Shown: positions 51,111 through 64,000 of the stretch, piece by piece
How positions within the stretch are numbered: position 1 is the stretch's first letter
Layout of the letters: the number at the start of each line of letters is the position of its first letter
Notes under the pieces: generated by a model
Told to the model about the DNA's origin: nothing
Databases searched by the model: none
What the model saw: the letters and a program-made list of their open reading frames with translations, nothing else
Source: Pristiophorus japonicus
Lineage: Eukaryota
Reading direction: 5' to 3'
NCBI RefSeq assembly: GCF_044704955.1
Contig: NC_091987.1
Location: 69,130,001-69,194,000 of the forward strand
Length of the DNA: 64,000 nucleotides
Translations under genes and position numbers: made by a program

Positions 51111-51639
51111 CACACATAATGGGTGATAATGTGACCCTGGCATAGCACTTCTAGTGCCACTGTTGCTCAGGTGCTTTGTGCACCTGTGTATGAATGAGTT
51201 GACCATGCCAAATAATCCAATAATTTGAATATTTTTCTGGTGCCTAGGCGTGTTGCTTAGGACATGCCATGAGCACTAGAGGGGGTGGGAGCCAGAATTC
51301 CAGGCCGATTGTGCCTTTTCGGGGCCAGGATATTTTGGTTCGAACCTGTAGGTGGGGATGATGTAGGCCAAGGTTGTGCTTGTGGAAATCTTTGGCCATA
51401 TCTGGGGACTCAGTGCACTTATTGGAAAAAAATGACACTAATGAATCACTGGATTATTTGAGGTAAGGATTGTTTGTGTTTGATTATCTTGTATGACAAT
51501 GGGTAACAGCTAATATACTGATGTTGAGGTTTAGAATATGATAACTAACTGTGATGGCCAAGGATTTTACTTCGACAATAGAGGATTTGGGGACATGAGG
51601 TAGATTTTGACTTCCAAATAATGGTGCTCTATTCACCTG

Positions 51640-53052
51640 TGGCTAACGATTCTGTCTCTTGGCTGTCTAGCTGGCTAACACCACTGGCCACTGAACCTGC
51701 TTCCTGTTCTTCATGGGCCTGGACTTCAGCATTAGTAATGTCATCATTGTCAGGCTCTCTATACAGTATAAAAGCATCATGACAGCTCCCAGCATGTCAG
51801 CATGGCAAACAAGCTGCACATTAAGGGAATTGAAGTTTTTGTGGTTCACATAAAGATGGCAGGTTATATTTGGAGCATGCAATACCACATGGGTACAATC
51901 AATAGCCGCTACAGCCCTACGGAATCCATCAGTTCTAACAAGCTTATTAGCCCTCTCAGTCATCCATCTGGGAGCACTGTTCAATTGTACTAATTGAGAT
52001 GCCTTGACAAAATGGCCTTTGTGACATCATCATCATCATAGGCAGTCCCTCGAAATCGAGGATGACTTGCTTCCACTCTAAAAGTGAGTTCTCAGGTGAC
52101 TGAACAGTCCAATACGGGAATTACAGTCTCTGTCACAGGTGGGACAGACAGGTTGTGACTAACTTATAGAGGAGCACACAGCACAATAGTTGATCTGGCA
52201 ATGGGGTTGATGTCACTCTCCCCCCCCCCCCCCCCCCCCCCCCCCCCGTTCTCTGCTGCTCCCTTCCTATTGTGGGCCATCTTGGCCTGCAAGAGAAACA
52301 AATGTGTGTGAGTCAGAGTCCAGCCATGTGTTTGGGAGTTGAATTGCTGTAATTGTATGTAAGGCATGAGATGTGAATGTGAGTTTGAGTAGGGGGAGAT
52401 GCTCGGTGGGTGGGGATGTGGCGGTTTGTGCGTGTACAGACTGAGGTTCAGATGCTGGTATGCAGGACCTGTTGAAGCATGTACTCATCCTGACTGCCCG
52501 AGTGAAGTTGTTAAATTTCTTCCGGCACTGTGTCAGACTGCATACGACCACACTACTGGCTGAGACCTCCTGGGCCACTTTCCTCCACATTGTCCTGAAG
52601 ACCTGGAGCAATGGCCTCCTTCCAGTGGCTGGGAACAGCATTGCCCTCCTTCGCCCCACTCCCGCCATCAATGCAACATCTGTGAAACGATGAGCTCTCT
52701 CCTTGGGAGTGGGATCAGCCCATTACAATCAAGGGATTGAGCTAGTTGCAAGTTGCCTTCACAGCCAGCAATCCTGATAATGAGGATCTGCACAATGATG
52801 CAACCTCCCCTTTAAAGAGCTGGAAGGAGCCAGTGTGAAGAATCATTGCCGATTGCATTGTGCCTGAAATTCATTAGCACTCTGCTGGTAGCACCCTACT
52901 GAGGTAATTGGCGCTTGATTTAGTGCTCCAGTGCTTTCCTGGAGCGCTCAAGCCAATTTAATGGAAGCTCAGAATCATTAGTGCCTGGCGATAATTGTTC
53001 AAGATTTTAAAAGTTAGCGCCCCAAAACAGGGCAATACCAAATTTCTCCCCT
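51640..53052 (-). mobile_element. Decayed PIF/Harbinger: Myb/SANT gene (~52160-52720) and transposase remnant (~51640-52020), both on -
   Basis: WRKVAQEVSASSVVVCSLTQCRKKFNNF and AAIDCTHVVLHAP...YVNHKNFNSLNVQLVC. Confidence 0.7.
52026..52155 (-). mobile_element. RTE 3'-end fragment
   Basis: Near-identical to 519-645 (catcatcatcataggcagtccct.gaaatcgagga...). Confidence 0.85.
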
Positions 53053-53089
53053 GTAGTATTAATTTGACTACCCATTATACACACCACTC

Positions 53090-55900
53090 AGGAACGTAGT
53101 GGTAATGTCACTGGACTAATGATCCAGACACATGAGTTCAAATCCCACCATGGCAGTTGAGGATTTTAAATTCAGTTAATTAAATAAATCTGGAATACAA
53201 AGCTAGTATCAGTAATAGTGACCATGAAACTATCGGATTGTCATAAAATGTCCTTTAGGGAAGGAAATCTGCTGTCCTTACCTGGTCTGGCCTATATGTG
53301 ATTCCAGACCCACAGCAATGCAGTTGAATCTGAAATGGCCTCGCATGCCACTCAGATGTACCAAACCGCTACGGAAACTAGCAAGAGGAATAAAACCGAA
53401 TGGATCACTCGGCATCGACCTCGGCACTGGCTATGGACACGACAACGGCACACCCAGCCAGTCGACCCTGCAAAGTTCTCCTCACTAACATCTGGGGACT
53501 TGTGCCAAAATTGGGAGAGCTGTCCCACAGACTGGTCAAACAACAGCCTGACCTAGTTATAATCACAGAATTATACCTTTCAGCCAATGTCCCAGACTCC
53601 TCCATCACCATCCCTGAGTATGTCCTGTTCCACCAGCAGGACAGACCTTCCAGTGGTGGCAGCACAGTGTCATACAGTTGTGAGGGAGAGACCCTGAGAG
53701 TCCTCAACATTGACTCCGGACTCCATGGCTTCAGGTCAAGGAACTATCCTGCAATTACCACCTATCACCCTCCTTCAGCTGATGAATCAGTACTCCTCCA
53801 CATTGAACAACTCTTGGAAGAAGCACTGAGAGTAGCAAGGGCACAGAATGTACTCTGGGTGGGGGACTTCAATGTTCCATCATCAAGAGTGGCTTGGTAG
53901 CACCAGTACTGACCGAACTGGCCGAGTCCTGAAGGACATAGCTGCCAGACTGGGCCTGCAGCAGGTGATGAAAGAACCAACATGAGGGATAAACCTACTT
54001 GACCTCGTCCTCACCAATCTACCTGTTGCAGATGCATCTCTCCATGACAGCATTGGTAGCAGCGACCATCGCACAGTCATTGTGGAGACGAAATCACGTC
54101 TTCACACTGAGGACACATCCATCGTGTTGTGTGTCGGTGGTGGGAAAATGATTGGAAAAAATCCTGAGGGACAGTATACATCTTCATTTGGAAAGACATG
54201 GATTAATCAAGGACAGTCAGCATGGATTTGTCAAGAGAAGGTTGTGTCAGTGGCAAATGGAATTCAATCTGGCTAAGTGTGAAGTAATGCATTTGGAGAG
54301 GCAAAGGAATACACATTAAATGGTATGACACTGAAAAGTGTAGAGGAACAAAGGGAGCTTGGAGTGCAGGTCCACAGATCCCTGAAGGTAGCAGGCCAGT
54401 TAGATAAGGTAGTTAAGAAGGCATATGGAATACTTACCTTTATTAGTCGAGGCATGGAATACAAGAGCAAGGAGGTTATGCTTGAACTGTATAAACACTG
54501 GTTAGGCCGCAGCTGGAGTACTGTGTGCAGTTCTGGTCACCGCATTACAGGAAAGATGTGATTGCATTGGAAAGGGTGCAGAGGAGATTTAGAAGAATGT
54601 TGCTTGGATTGGAGAATTTTGGCTATGAGGAAAGATTGAAGATGATGGGTCTGTTTTCTTTGTAACAGAGGAGGCTGAGAGGAGACCTAATTGAGGTGTA
54701 CCAAATTATGATGGGCCTGGATAGAGTGGATAGGAAGGACCTGTCTCCCTTGGCAGAGGGGTCAACAATCACGGGGCAGAGATTGAAAGTAATTGGGGGG
54801 AGGTTTAGAGGAGATATGAGGGGAAATTTCTTCACCCAGAGAATGGTGGGGGTCTCGAACTTACTGCCTGAAAGGATGATAGAGGCAGAAACCCTCACCA
54901 CATTTAAAAGATACTTGGATGTACACTTGAAGTGCTGTAACCCATAAGGCTATGGACCAAGAGCTGGAAAGTGGGATTAGGCTGGATGGCTCTTGGTCGG
55001 CCGGCGTAGACACGATGGGCTGAAATGGCCTCCTTCTGTGCTGTAAATTTCTATGATTCTATGATACCACCGTGCTAAATGGGATAGATTCAGAACAGAT
55101 CCAGCTGTTCAAAACTGGGCATCCATGAGGCACTGTGGGCCATCAGTAGCAACAGAATTGTATTCCACCACAATCTGTAGTCTCATGGCCCAGCATATCC
55201 CTCACTCTACCATTATCATCAGGCCAGGGGGCCAATCCTGGTTCAATGAGGAGTGTAGAAAAGCATGCCAGGAGCAGCACCAGGTGTACCTAAAAATGAA
55301 GCATCAACCTGGGGAAGCTGTAACACAGGACTACATGCATGCTAAAAAGTGGAAACAGCATACTATAGACAAGGTTAAGCGATCCCACAATCAACAGATC
55401 AGATTAAAGCTCTGTAGTCCTGCCACATTCAGTCATGAATGGTGGTGGATCATTAAACAATTAACGGGAGGAGGAGGCTCCATAAATATCCCCATCCTCA
55501 ATGATGGCTGAGCCCAGCACATGAGTGCAAAAGATAAAGCTGAAGCGTTTACAACTATCTTCAGCCAGAAGTGCTGAATGGACAATTCATATCGGCCTCC
55601 TGCTGAGGTTACCACCATCGCAGAAGCCTGTTGAATCACTCCACATGATATCAAGAAACGGCTGAGCCCATTGGATACAGCAAAGGCTGTGGGCCCCGAC
55701 AATATCCCGGCTGTTGCGCTGAAGACTTGTGCTCCAGAACTAGCTGCGCTTCTAGCCAAGCTGTTCCAGTACAGCTACAACACTGACATCTATCCGACAA
55801 AGTGGAAAACTGCCCAGGTATGTCCTGTCCAAAAAAGCAGGACAAATAAATGCTGGCCTTGCCAGCAATGCCCACATCCCATGAATGAATTAAAAAAAAA
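53090..55900 (+). mobile_element. LINE with tRNA-like 5' head, APE and RT start, internally deleted to its 3' end and interrupted by CR1
   Basis: A-box-like cgtagtgg and B box GAGTTCAAATCC (53134-53145). APE motifs TNIWGLVPKLGEL...IITELYL, VGDFNV, SDH, then KAVGPDNIPAVALK. 3' end matches 7070-7115. Confidence 0.75.
54133..55064 (+). mobile_element. CR1 3' fragment with internal deletions
   Basis: ELGVQVHRSLKVAGQLDKVVKKAYG and MGLDRVDRKDL, tail ttctatgattctatga. The host LINE continues on both sides. Confidence 0.8.
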
Positions 55901-56063
55901 CATTTTCCTTCCCATTGCCTTTGACAACAAGGAAAACCAGGCAGGCTGTATAATGGGCACGCACTCTGATACACCATCCCCAAAAGTTAAAATGACCTCC
56001 ATTGTCTTCAGCACACCTGTGCAATCATCCAATCTGAATTCTAATCTACATCTCCCAATCCTG

Positions 56064-56590
56064 CTGCCCTTGAGCTAGGTTTAGAGATGAGCAATAATTG
56101 CTGCCCTTGAGCTAGGTTTAGAGATGAGCAATAATTGCTGCCCTTGAGCTAGGTTTAGAGATGAGCAATAATTGCTGCCCTTGAGCTAGGTTTAGAGATG
56201 AGCAATAATTGCTGCCCTTGAGCTAGGTTTAGAGATGAGCAATAATTGCTGCCCTTGAGCTAGGTTTAGAGATGAGCAATAATTGCTGCCCTTGAGCTAG
56301 GTTTAGAGATGAGCAATAATTGCTGCCCTTGAGCTAGGTTTAGAGATGAGCAATAATTGCTGCCCTTGAGCTAGGTTTAGAGATGAGCAATAATTGCTGC
56401 CCTTGAGCTAGGTTTAGAGATGAGCAATAATTGCTGGCCTTGAGCTAGGTTTAGAGATGAGCAATAATTGCTGGCCTTGAGCTAGGTTTAGAGATGAGCA
56501 ATAATTGCTGGCCTTGAGCTAGGTTTAGAGATGAGCAATAATTGCTGGCCTTGAGCTAGGTTTAGAGATGAGCAATAATTGCTGGCCTTG
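56064..56590 (+). repeat. 37-bp minisatellite, 14 full copies plus 9 nt
   Basis: Unit ctg(c/g)ccttgagctaggtttagagatgagcaataattg. Units 1-10 have ctgccc, units 11-14 and the partial unit have ctggcc. Confidence 0.97.
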
Positions 56591-58959
56591 CCAGCGGTAC
56601 CTACATCCCATGAACATATCATTTTAAAAAAGCTGAGCAATATCATTTTAAACATAAATTACCCCAAAGTCCTCCTAGTTAGAGATCCCAAAATGTGCTA
56701 TTCAGGAATTAGCATAAAATCAATTTCAAAGATTGATTTAATTTTCAAATCTTAATGCTAATTAATGCTAATTTTAGAGAAACTGGTGAATGGTACAAAA
56801 TATTTCAAGAGCTTATTCAATATATCAGTAGATACATAAAACTAGATTATTGCATCATAAAAGGAAGCAATAAAAATGGCTCGGTTAATAAATGGGACAT
56901 AAAACCTCATGGAATGTCATAAAGAAGGCAAAATAACAATTTTCCCAGGTCTTTTAAGAAAGATAAGCATTCAAAATAAATAAAATGTAGGACTAAACAT
57001 AAAACGTTAGTGAGAGTTACTCCATGGATATTATCATACCCACCCTTGGGACTGGGAAAGGGTAATGTTGATTCATGTCTTCGCCAGTAAATGGCACTGT
57101 TGTACTTTGCAATTGTTATATTGTGACCTGTTAGGGATCTCAAAGGCAGAGCATGCCACAGTGGCAGGTGAACCAGTACTAGGTTTAAGATTACATGGCT
57201 GCAACCTCACGAATCCAATCCACAGTTCCTGCTGCATACTTCAAAATCCCACAAAACAGCAGATTGACAGGTTTGATCATAAATTGCATAATTGCACCAA
57301 CAATTGCTGCATTTTCCTGATTACATTTATAACAAATCTAATCAATATCTTTGTAGTATGCATTCACAAAAAGAGTTAGGGGCGTGATAAAGAAAATTTG
57401 CTGTTTGAACAGCAAGCTCAATACAACATTCTGATGTATTCATGTAACGTCCTGCAAGGTGATGCTTTGGAAACACGGTTAAACAATATTTTTTCAGAAT
57501 CGTAAGCACCTAAAATGCGGCAACTGAAATATGACACCTGGTTTATAAAAGTCATTGCTTGCTGTTCTGCTTTAACATCAATAATCAAGAAGTGTAACTG
57601 TACATATTTTTAATAAATTAATTCTCTTCAAGGAAAAAGTTTACATTTTTTCACACTGCTAATCAACATCCTGGGCTAGAATAACAGTTTGCACCAATTG
57701 TGTATGACACAATGAAAACTTCCTAATTCATTCAAATCTTCCTCACTTTGCCAATTTTTGTGAAAAAGTAGATGTTGGTAAAAGGTGGCGTAACGTGGGG
57801 TAAAACAGCCTCTAGTCATTAGATGGAATTTTCGGTTTTCAGCAAAAACAGTAGTTTTACGACAAAATTACCGTTTTCTCTGCACTACTGTTTGTAGACC
57901 TAACGTTTGGCCTTTACACATCGGTAAAGTCAGTGTTGCATGTGGCTTCGTGGCGCAAACCGCGAGTTTCGGCAACTTTTATCTGAGGCCAGTAACGCTG
58001 CGAGAGATGCCTTGGGGGTGGGGGGGGGGAGGGAAACAAAACAAAACAAAATTGCAAAAAACAAAAAAAACACATTCACAAAACATTCACAAAACCTTTA
58101 CCTACTAAATCGCTGAAAAAAAATAAAAAATAAAAACTTTAACTTACCTTTTGTGCAGGTCTTCATACTTACCGCTGTTGGCAGGGCTGCACTGACAGGT
58201 TTGACTATGTCGGTATTCTGGGCATGGCGTAAGAGTGCTGAAAGTATGACGCAAACGCAATCTGCATTGTTGCACGTCAGCGTACCTCTCCCCGCCATCG
58301 CAAAGAGGTACCTGAGGATCCCGCGGAAAGGGTTTTCGCCGCGGAGGGTCAAATCGCGCGAAAACCCAGTCGCAAAGTCGGCGAAAATCTAGGCCAATAT
58401 AATTGCATTAGTGATATGAACACATTCACAAAGATCTCCGATGTTCAGTTTTCCTAGCAAAATCATAAACACATTCTAAAAGAATGTGTTTACAATATCA
58501 GGAAACATCAAACATTAAGAAACCTTCACCACAGGGTTTATGACGTCAGTAACGTGACAACCCGAAGATTTATAACGCCATTATTCTTCCAAAAATGGAG
58601 ACAAAGTTGGGCTGGATTTTTGGCCTTTTTGCGATTTCGCCTGTTTCCGGGCGCAAATCGTGGCGAAATCAAAAATTAGCGCTGGGTTAGCCTTAGCGCC
58701 AGAGCGTACAACTTTTGCCAAATGAAAGTTCATGAGGAGTGTTAACTCCGGTGTTGCACCACAGAATTTGTGTGCCGGCACCGAAAATTCTGGTGCTACA
58801 AAAACTGGCTGTTCTGTGCACGCGCAAATATTTTTATTTATTTTTTCTTCCTGCGCTTCTGGTCTGCTGTCCAATCGCAATCGCTAATGCAGGGCGCGAC
58901 TGCGTGCATGCGCAATACACCCGGGGCTTAATCAACTATTTTAATATTGGATTTTGATC

Positions 58960-60730
58960 ATGGAAGACGAGGATCGCATACAGCATGCCAGGCGATTTAG
59001 ATAAGCAGCTAACAAAGCCCTCCTGGGGGCTGTGGAGAGAAGATGGCAAGAATTACATCGGAGGGGTGGATCTAGACCCCTGCCATCCATTTTTAATCGC
59101 ATATGGAGGGAAATCGCTGAGGAGGTCTCTGCCTCAGACACAGTGACCAGGAGTGGGAAGCAGTGGTGAAAAAAGTTCAATGATCTTTCGACGGTCGTTA
59201 GAGTGAGTCAATATTTATTGTTCCAAGCCTTCATTGCTTCAATTATCAATCTGACACACTATTTGTTCTCTTGCTTTTGGTGTCTCTCAGCACTCTGTGG
59301 GTTGCCTCCTAAAATGCATGACACACAGGTAGGCTTAGTTTGGCACCCTATTTGCCATGAATGATCTTTACACATTATTAAGATTGCTTTCTGAGATCTC
59401 ATAAGATGTTTCCGCACATCGATGTCCTCCTGATGAACCATGTGCAACTTCCAAGGCCATTAAACAGAGGACTCTATTACATTCAGACAGTATGGTATAA
59501 GTGCTTTGGTGACTATCTGTGTGTGCCACAAGAGCAGATGGACCCTCTTGTAACCATTCCCATTTTCATCTTTGCAGGCAAAGAAGTCCCATAACCGCCA
59601 TGAGCCGGTGAGGACAGGCGGCTGCTCGCCTCAGACGCTGCCAGTCACCGACCTCGAGAAGCGAGTGGCAAGCCTCATCGGCATCTCAGGTTGGGCAGCT
59701 GCCACTGCGGGTGCTGACCCCCGCTCAGACACTGAGGATAAGTCCTGCACACTCCCCGGGGCTGGGTTGGGGCAATGTGATGCAGTGTCTGTGGACTAGG
59801 TACAATGGAGTCGCGCCGGTCCTTCAAATGAGCCTGTGAAATGTGACCTTCCTCATACCACCGTGCCCCCTCCCTCCTGCTAACCACTCATCTGTTGCTT
59901 TCTACTTCCAGACGACCAGCCACAGCCGCAGCATCAAATCAACCCTCCATATCAGGCTATCTGGAGGAGGAGCAGGAAGAGGAAGAGGACGAGTTCAGAG
60001 ATCAGCCAACTCTGGGGCAGATGCAATCTACCCCTCCTTTACCACCCACAGAGAGCTGAGGATGATGATGTAACATTCTTGGGGTTTGACACCACTGAGG
60101 CTCCTGGGACTAGTGGTGTGCATCAACACAGTTCTGGGGTCGAATCCCGTATGCCATCTCTCCGGATGGGTGACAAACAGGCAGACGTGGAACTGGACAT
60201 GGTGGGGCTGTCCAGGGAGAGTGTCCAGCTCACCCGTCAGTTCCTTGATGTCTTGGGTAGGGTTCCCACAACCATTGTGAATCTCACTGTGACCATTACG
60301 GAGGTAGGGTCGCAGTTTGTTGGTGCAAGCCGTGAAACCTGCGAGGCCATCAGTGCCCATACAAGGCTTGTGGCCTCCAGCAGTGACAGTGGAGAGCCGG
60401 AGAGTGTGGCGCAAAGCCTTGCCGAATAAGGTGCATCACCGGCACAAGCTCTGCTTCAGATTGGGCAGGTGATGCAGTCCATAAACCCTTCCACCATACG
60501 CTCTGCATTCCCCAGTGTCACACTCAGACTCACACCACCCGTGACTGTCGACGCCGATGAAGAGGCTCGCCAGTCAGAAGCCGGGCCAGTGTGTCCCCAG
60601 ATGGCGTCTCCAATGTCCCTCCCCCCAACACAGCAGCGCTCTGGCAGCCTTACTGCACGCCATCTTGGTGCCACTTTGGGTAGGATCAGCAGGCAAGGGA
60701 GGGGGATAAGTGTAAGGGGAGGTGGGGAGG
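58960..60730 (+). pseudogene. Harbinger Myb/SANT-like DNA-binding protein, 3 exons (58960-59202, 59578-~59738, ~59912-~60730)
   Basis: MEDEDRIQHARRFR*AANKALLGAVERRWQEL...IWREIAEEVSA...RSGKQW*KKFNDL|gtgagt, then exon 2 AKKSHNRHEPVRTGG. Two stops and a mutated second donor (ataagt). Confidence 0.75.
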
Positions 60731-60974
60731 GGGGAGAGCTGGTGGTAAAAGATAGAGGGGCATTATGTTCTGCATTCTGTTGTTTATAATGTTGTTATTG
60801 TTGTTGTTGAATAATCACACTGCTGTATGCAGATAATTTATGTTATTATTAAAGTTTCAAAGTTTCAAAATTAAGTTAACAAAGTTATAAAAGTTTACAA
60901 TGTTTCGTAAATTATTTTGTTCACCTTAACCATTCCTGTGTAGTGTCTCATTTGCAGAATAAGAGGGGGAATAG

Positions 60975-62180
60975 TCAACATTGTGGGATAGAATGGCCAG
61001 GCAACAGTTCACTCTTCAAGCAAAGCTGACGTAAGGCTTTTGCAGCGGCAAAATTCCCACGATGCCTCCCCCATGGTTGTGGTGGGGGTGGTGGTGGCAT
61101 GGGTTCCTCGCCAGGCTCCTCTTCCTCATCTTCCTCCTCCTCCTGCCCCCCTCTCTCCTGAGGTGGTCCTGCAATTCCTATTGGCAATTCCTGTCCCCTC
61201 ATGATGGCTAAGTTGTGTAGCATGCAGCACATCACAATGAACTCAGAGATCTGCTGAAGGGAATATTGCTGGCAGCCTCCAGAGTGGTCTAGGCATTGGA
61301 AGTGCTGCTTGACCACTCCAATTGTGTGTTCGACGATGTTGCGTGTGGCTGCATGGCTCATTATGGAGATACTCGGCTTTTGTCTGAGGGTTCCGGAGGA
61401 GGGGCCATTAGCCAGTTGGTGAGGCGGTAACCTTTGTCCCTGAGCATCCAGCTCTGGCCTTGTGGTTGACGCTGGAACATGTGTGAGACACTGCTCTCAT
61501 GCAAGCTGAAAGCATCATGGATGCTCCCTGGATATTGGGCATTGACTGCCATGATGCACTGAGTATGGTCGCAGACGATCTGTACGTTCATGGAATGGAA
61601 TCCCTTTCGGAATCGGTAAAACCTGGATTGAGTAAAAGTGCTCACAGGGCAATGTGCGTATAGTCAAGGGCACCCTGAACCAGCAATTCGTCCAAAACCT
61701 ACAGCCCTTTCATTCTGTGCTTCCTTGGTCATTGGGAAGTTTATGAAGTCCATCCTGCATGCATACAGTGCAGTAGTCACCTGGTGAATGCAGCAATGTG
61801 TAGTGTGCTGAGAGATGGAGCATATGTCCCCTGCTGATGCCTGAAAGGAGTCGGAGGCATAGAAGGCAAGTGCCACAGTCACCTTCACCTCGATGGGCAG
61901 TGCAGTCCTGTTGCCGCTGGTAGGCTGTAGGTCTGCGTGTATGAGCTGGCATATCTCTGTGACCACCTCTTTTCAGAAGCACAGCCTTCTAACGCACTGC
62001 CTCAGAGAGCTGCAGGTATGAGCGATGTTCCCTGTAAACTCGTGGGGTGTTAGGTGTCCTCCCCATTCGTCTGCGACCTCATCGATTAAGTTGAAAATGA
62101 CCAGCAATAAGCCTTCTTCCAGCTCGATGCTGTATAAATATAGCAACTAGGATTAATGGCTGACATAGTATGGCCACCAT
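60975..62180 (-). pseudogene. Harbinger (HARBI1-like) DDE transposase, frameshifted
   Basis: QGALDYTHIAL, RKGFHSMNVQIVCD, YPGSIHDAF, LRDKGY, RNIVEHTIGVVKQHFQCL, CCMLHNLA. Confidence 0.85.
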
Positions 62181-63248
62181 CTTTTAAAAAGCCCTTAAAT
62201 GTCCTTTAAAACAAACTATAAACTTCACAATCGAAAGTATGCAGTAACGCAGCGTTCTTCTCCCAATGCTTTTAATCACTCAGAACTGCGACTTTTTCCT
62301 CCATTTTCAAGATGGCGCCATTAGCACCTGGTGCACCCTGGGTCCGACTGCTTTTTGCTGGCAGGTTTCCGGGCGGACACTAAACTAGGCGATATGCTTG
62401 AAAGTTCTGCCCGGGGCACTAGCACAGCAATCGACATCATCCAAACGGACAAAACAGCGGGTGGGTGCGAATTTTTAGTTTCACCGCAAAACCATTGGCA
62501 AAAATTCCGCCCGGGCGCAAAATCTTGTGCGCCTCGTTTCACACAAAAAAAATTTGATTTTGCGCCCCGCTGAGCCTTGAATGTACTCGCACGCAATAGT
62601 TTACCACGAGATGATGGTATGGCAATAGCTGCAAACCAGAATTACAGGTATGCAGCCACTTAAATATTATTGTTGCAAGATGGGATAACAGTTCTTTCTG
62701 TATTTCCAAATTGGAGGGACTTTTAAATTATGTTAAACTGTAAGGGGAAAAAGTCAGCAAAAGAAAAAAAGAGTGTGTGGCCAAGTAATGGAGTGACACA
62801 GCACTCAAGTTCTCTGCTTAATGGCTGCCTTAGTGGCGGGGCTTCTGCATGAGGTGACTGCTAGGAAGTTGTCCTGTTTGACATTCCGGCGAACCCTTGC
62901 CCTGAGATGATGGCTGGAGTCAATGCACGAACTGCAAGTCCTGCCAGATGGTAGAGCTAAAGGAAGCTGCAAAGAAAATGCTACCCAATGATACCATTTA
63001 TCTGATAGATGGTCCCCAAGCATGCAGAGCAAAAGTGTTGTCTGTCAATCTATTTTATATTTACTGCTGGCCCATGTCAAGTCCTCATATAGCTCTACAG
63101 AACTTTAATTGTTTAACATGCATACCCATACTGCAACTTGCAAATGAAAGCCCTAGCCTACTGACATCTTCAAAGGACTTCACACATAAAATTACTGTAG
63201 CATAACCGAGCTACATAATATACAGTTGTTTATTGACACACAGTAATA

Positions 63249-64000
63249 TGTCCTTACTACACAGTATAAATGCACACGAGGCCCATACTTGAGAAAAGGT
63301 CACTCTGTGACCAGTTACCTTTATTACCAAGACCTCAAGAGAGGCAGATGGTCGGTGGAGCTTCCCCTTTTATACCTGAAAGTCCAGGCTAGGAGTGTCT
63401 CCCACAAGTTCGTCCCCTGTGGTCAGTGTTCTCAAGGTGTACAACTTAGGTCAGCTGAAACATGGGTTACAATGATAGTTGAATACTTGACATCACCTCC
63501 TCCAAAGTCTGATTGGGATCACAGGTTAAGTTTCTCTGGTGGTTTACGCTCCCTTGTAGAGTGCTTGAGTTGGGGCTCCGGTTGTTGGGCGCTGGCCTGA
63601 GTGTCTGCTGTTTGCGGTGCCACAGACCTGTCCGGACTGCCCACATTGTCTGGGCTCTCCTCCACTTGGTTCCGGTGTTCGGTCACCTATGGTGGAGTAA
63701 ACTCTACATTGTGTTCTTCCTCTGCTTCTTCTATGGGGTTACTGAACCTCCTTTTAGTTTGATCCACGTGTTTGCGGCAAATTTGTCCATTGGTAAGTTT
63801 AACTACCAAAACCCTATTCCCCTCTTTGGCAATCACAGTGCCTGCAAGCCATTTGGGCCCTGCAGCGTAATTAAGGACAAAAACAGGGTCATTGACATCA
63901 ATACATTGCGCCTTCACATTACTGTCATGGTAGTCACATTGTGACTGACGCCTGCTCTCAACAATTTCTTTCATAGTAGGATGTATAAGGGATAACCTGG
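63249..64000 (-). mobile_element. Gypsy 3' LTR (63249-63492), PPT and integrase C-terminus (continues beyond window)
   Basis: TG...CA LTR and ORF 63687-63974 PVFVLNYAAGPKWLAGTV...CRKHVDQ. Confidence 0.88.

Larger units (their letters stand above)
58610..62570. mobile_element. Near-complete PIF/Harbinger transposon fossil with two convergent genes
   Basis: Myb/SANT gene on +, DDE transposase on -, and CpG-rich subterminal regions. Left end gggctggatttt; right end aaaattccgccc (~62500-62510) or ~62570. Confidence 0.8.

Noticed and set aside
52219-52247. Long poly-C run encoding poly-Gly on -
   Set aside because: Homopolymer expansion or sequencing artefact within a dead Harbinger exon (TGGG motif region).
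53094-53160. Functional tRNA gene
   Set aside because: Only A/B-box remnants, no complete cloverleaf, and it is embedded in a retroelement head.
56064-56590. CRISPR-like array (37-bp repeats)
   Set aside because: Head-to-tail units with no unique spacers, eukaryotic context and no cas genes.
60975-62180. Domesticated host HARBI1 gene
   Set aside because: Multiple frameshifts, and it is paired with a Myb gene inside transposon-like ends.

Overview
Eukaryotic, repeat-dense vertebrate DNA. The repeat families (CR1 with esterase ORF1, L2, RTE, Penelope, Gypsy, PIF/Harbinger) suggest a cartilaginous fish, which is an inference. Most of the window is degraded or nested transposons. One host gene can be assembled on the + strand (15511-30303) from leader, germline-joined VJ-type Ig domain, C1 Ig domain, uncharged TM, an inferred 28-nt micro-exon and a tail exon with four ITIM/ITSM-like motifs. 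It encodes a predicted 356-aa non-rearranging, antigen-receptor-like inhibitory receptor (SIRP/PRARP/NKp30-like architecture), possibly with an Ig-style secreted isoform. Other highlights: a CR1 with intact 968-aa ORF2 whose ORF1/ORF2 junction has a U-UUA-AAC slippery site plus four G-tracts conserved in a second copy (candidate -1 frameshift); a three-level L2<Gypsy<CR1 nest with TSDs; twin EBF/COE-type palindromes in LTRs; a LINE with a tRNA-like head; a 37-bp minisatellite derived from a LINE tail; and a two-gene Harbinger fossil. All coordinates were read by eye. Boundaries of old repeats are approximate.
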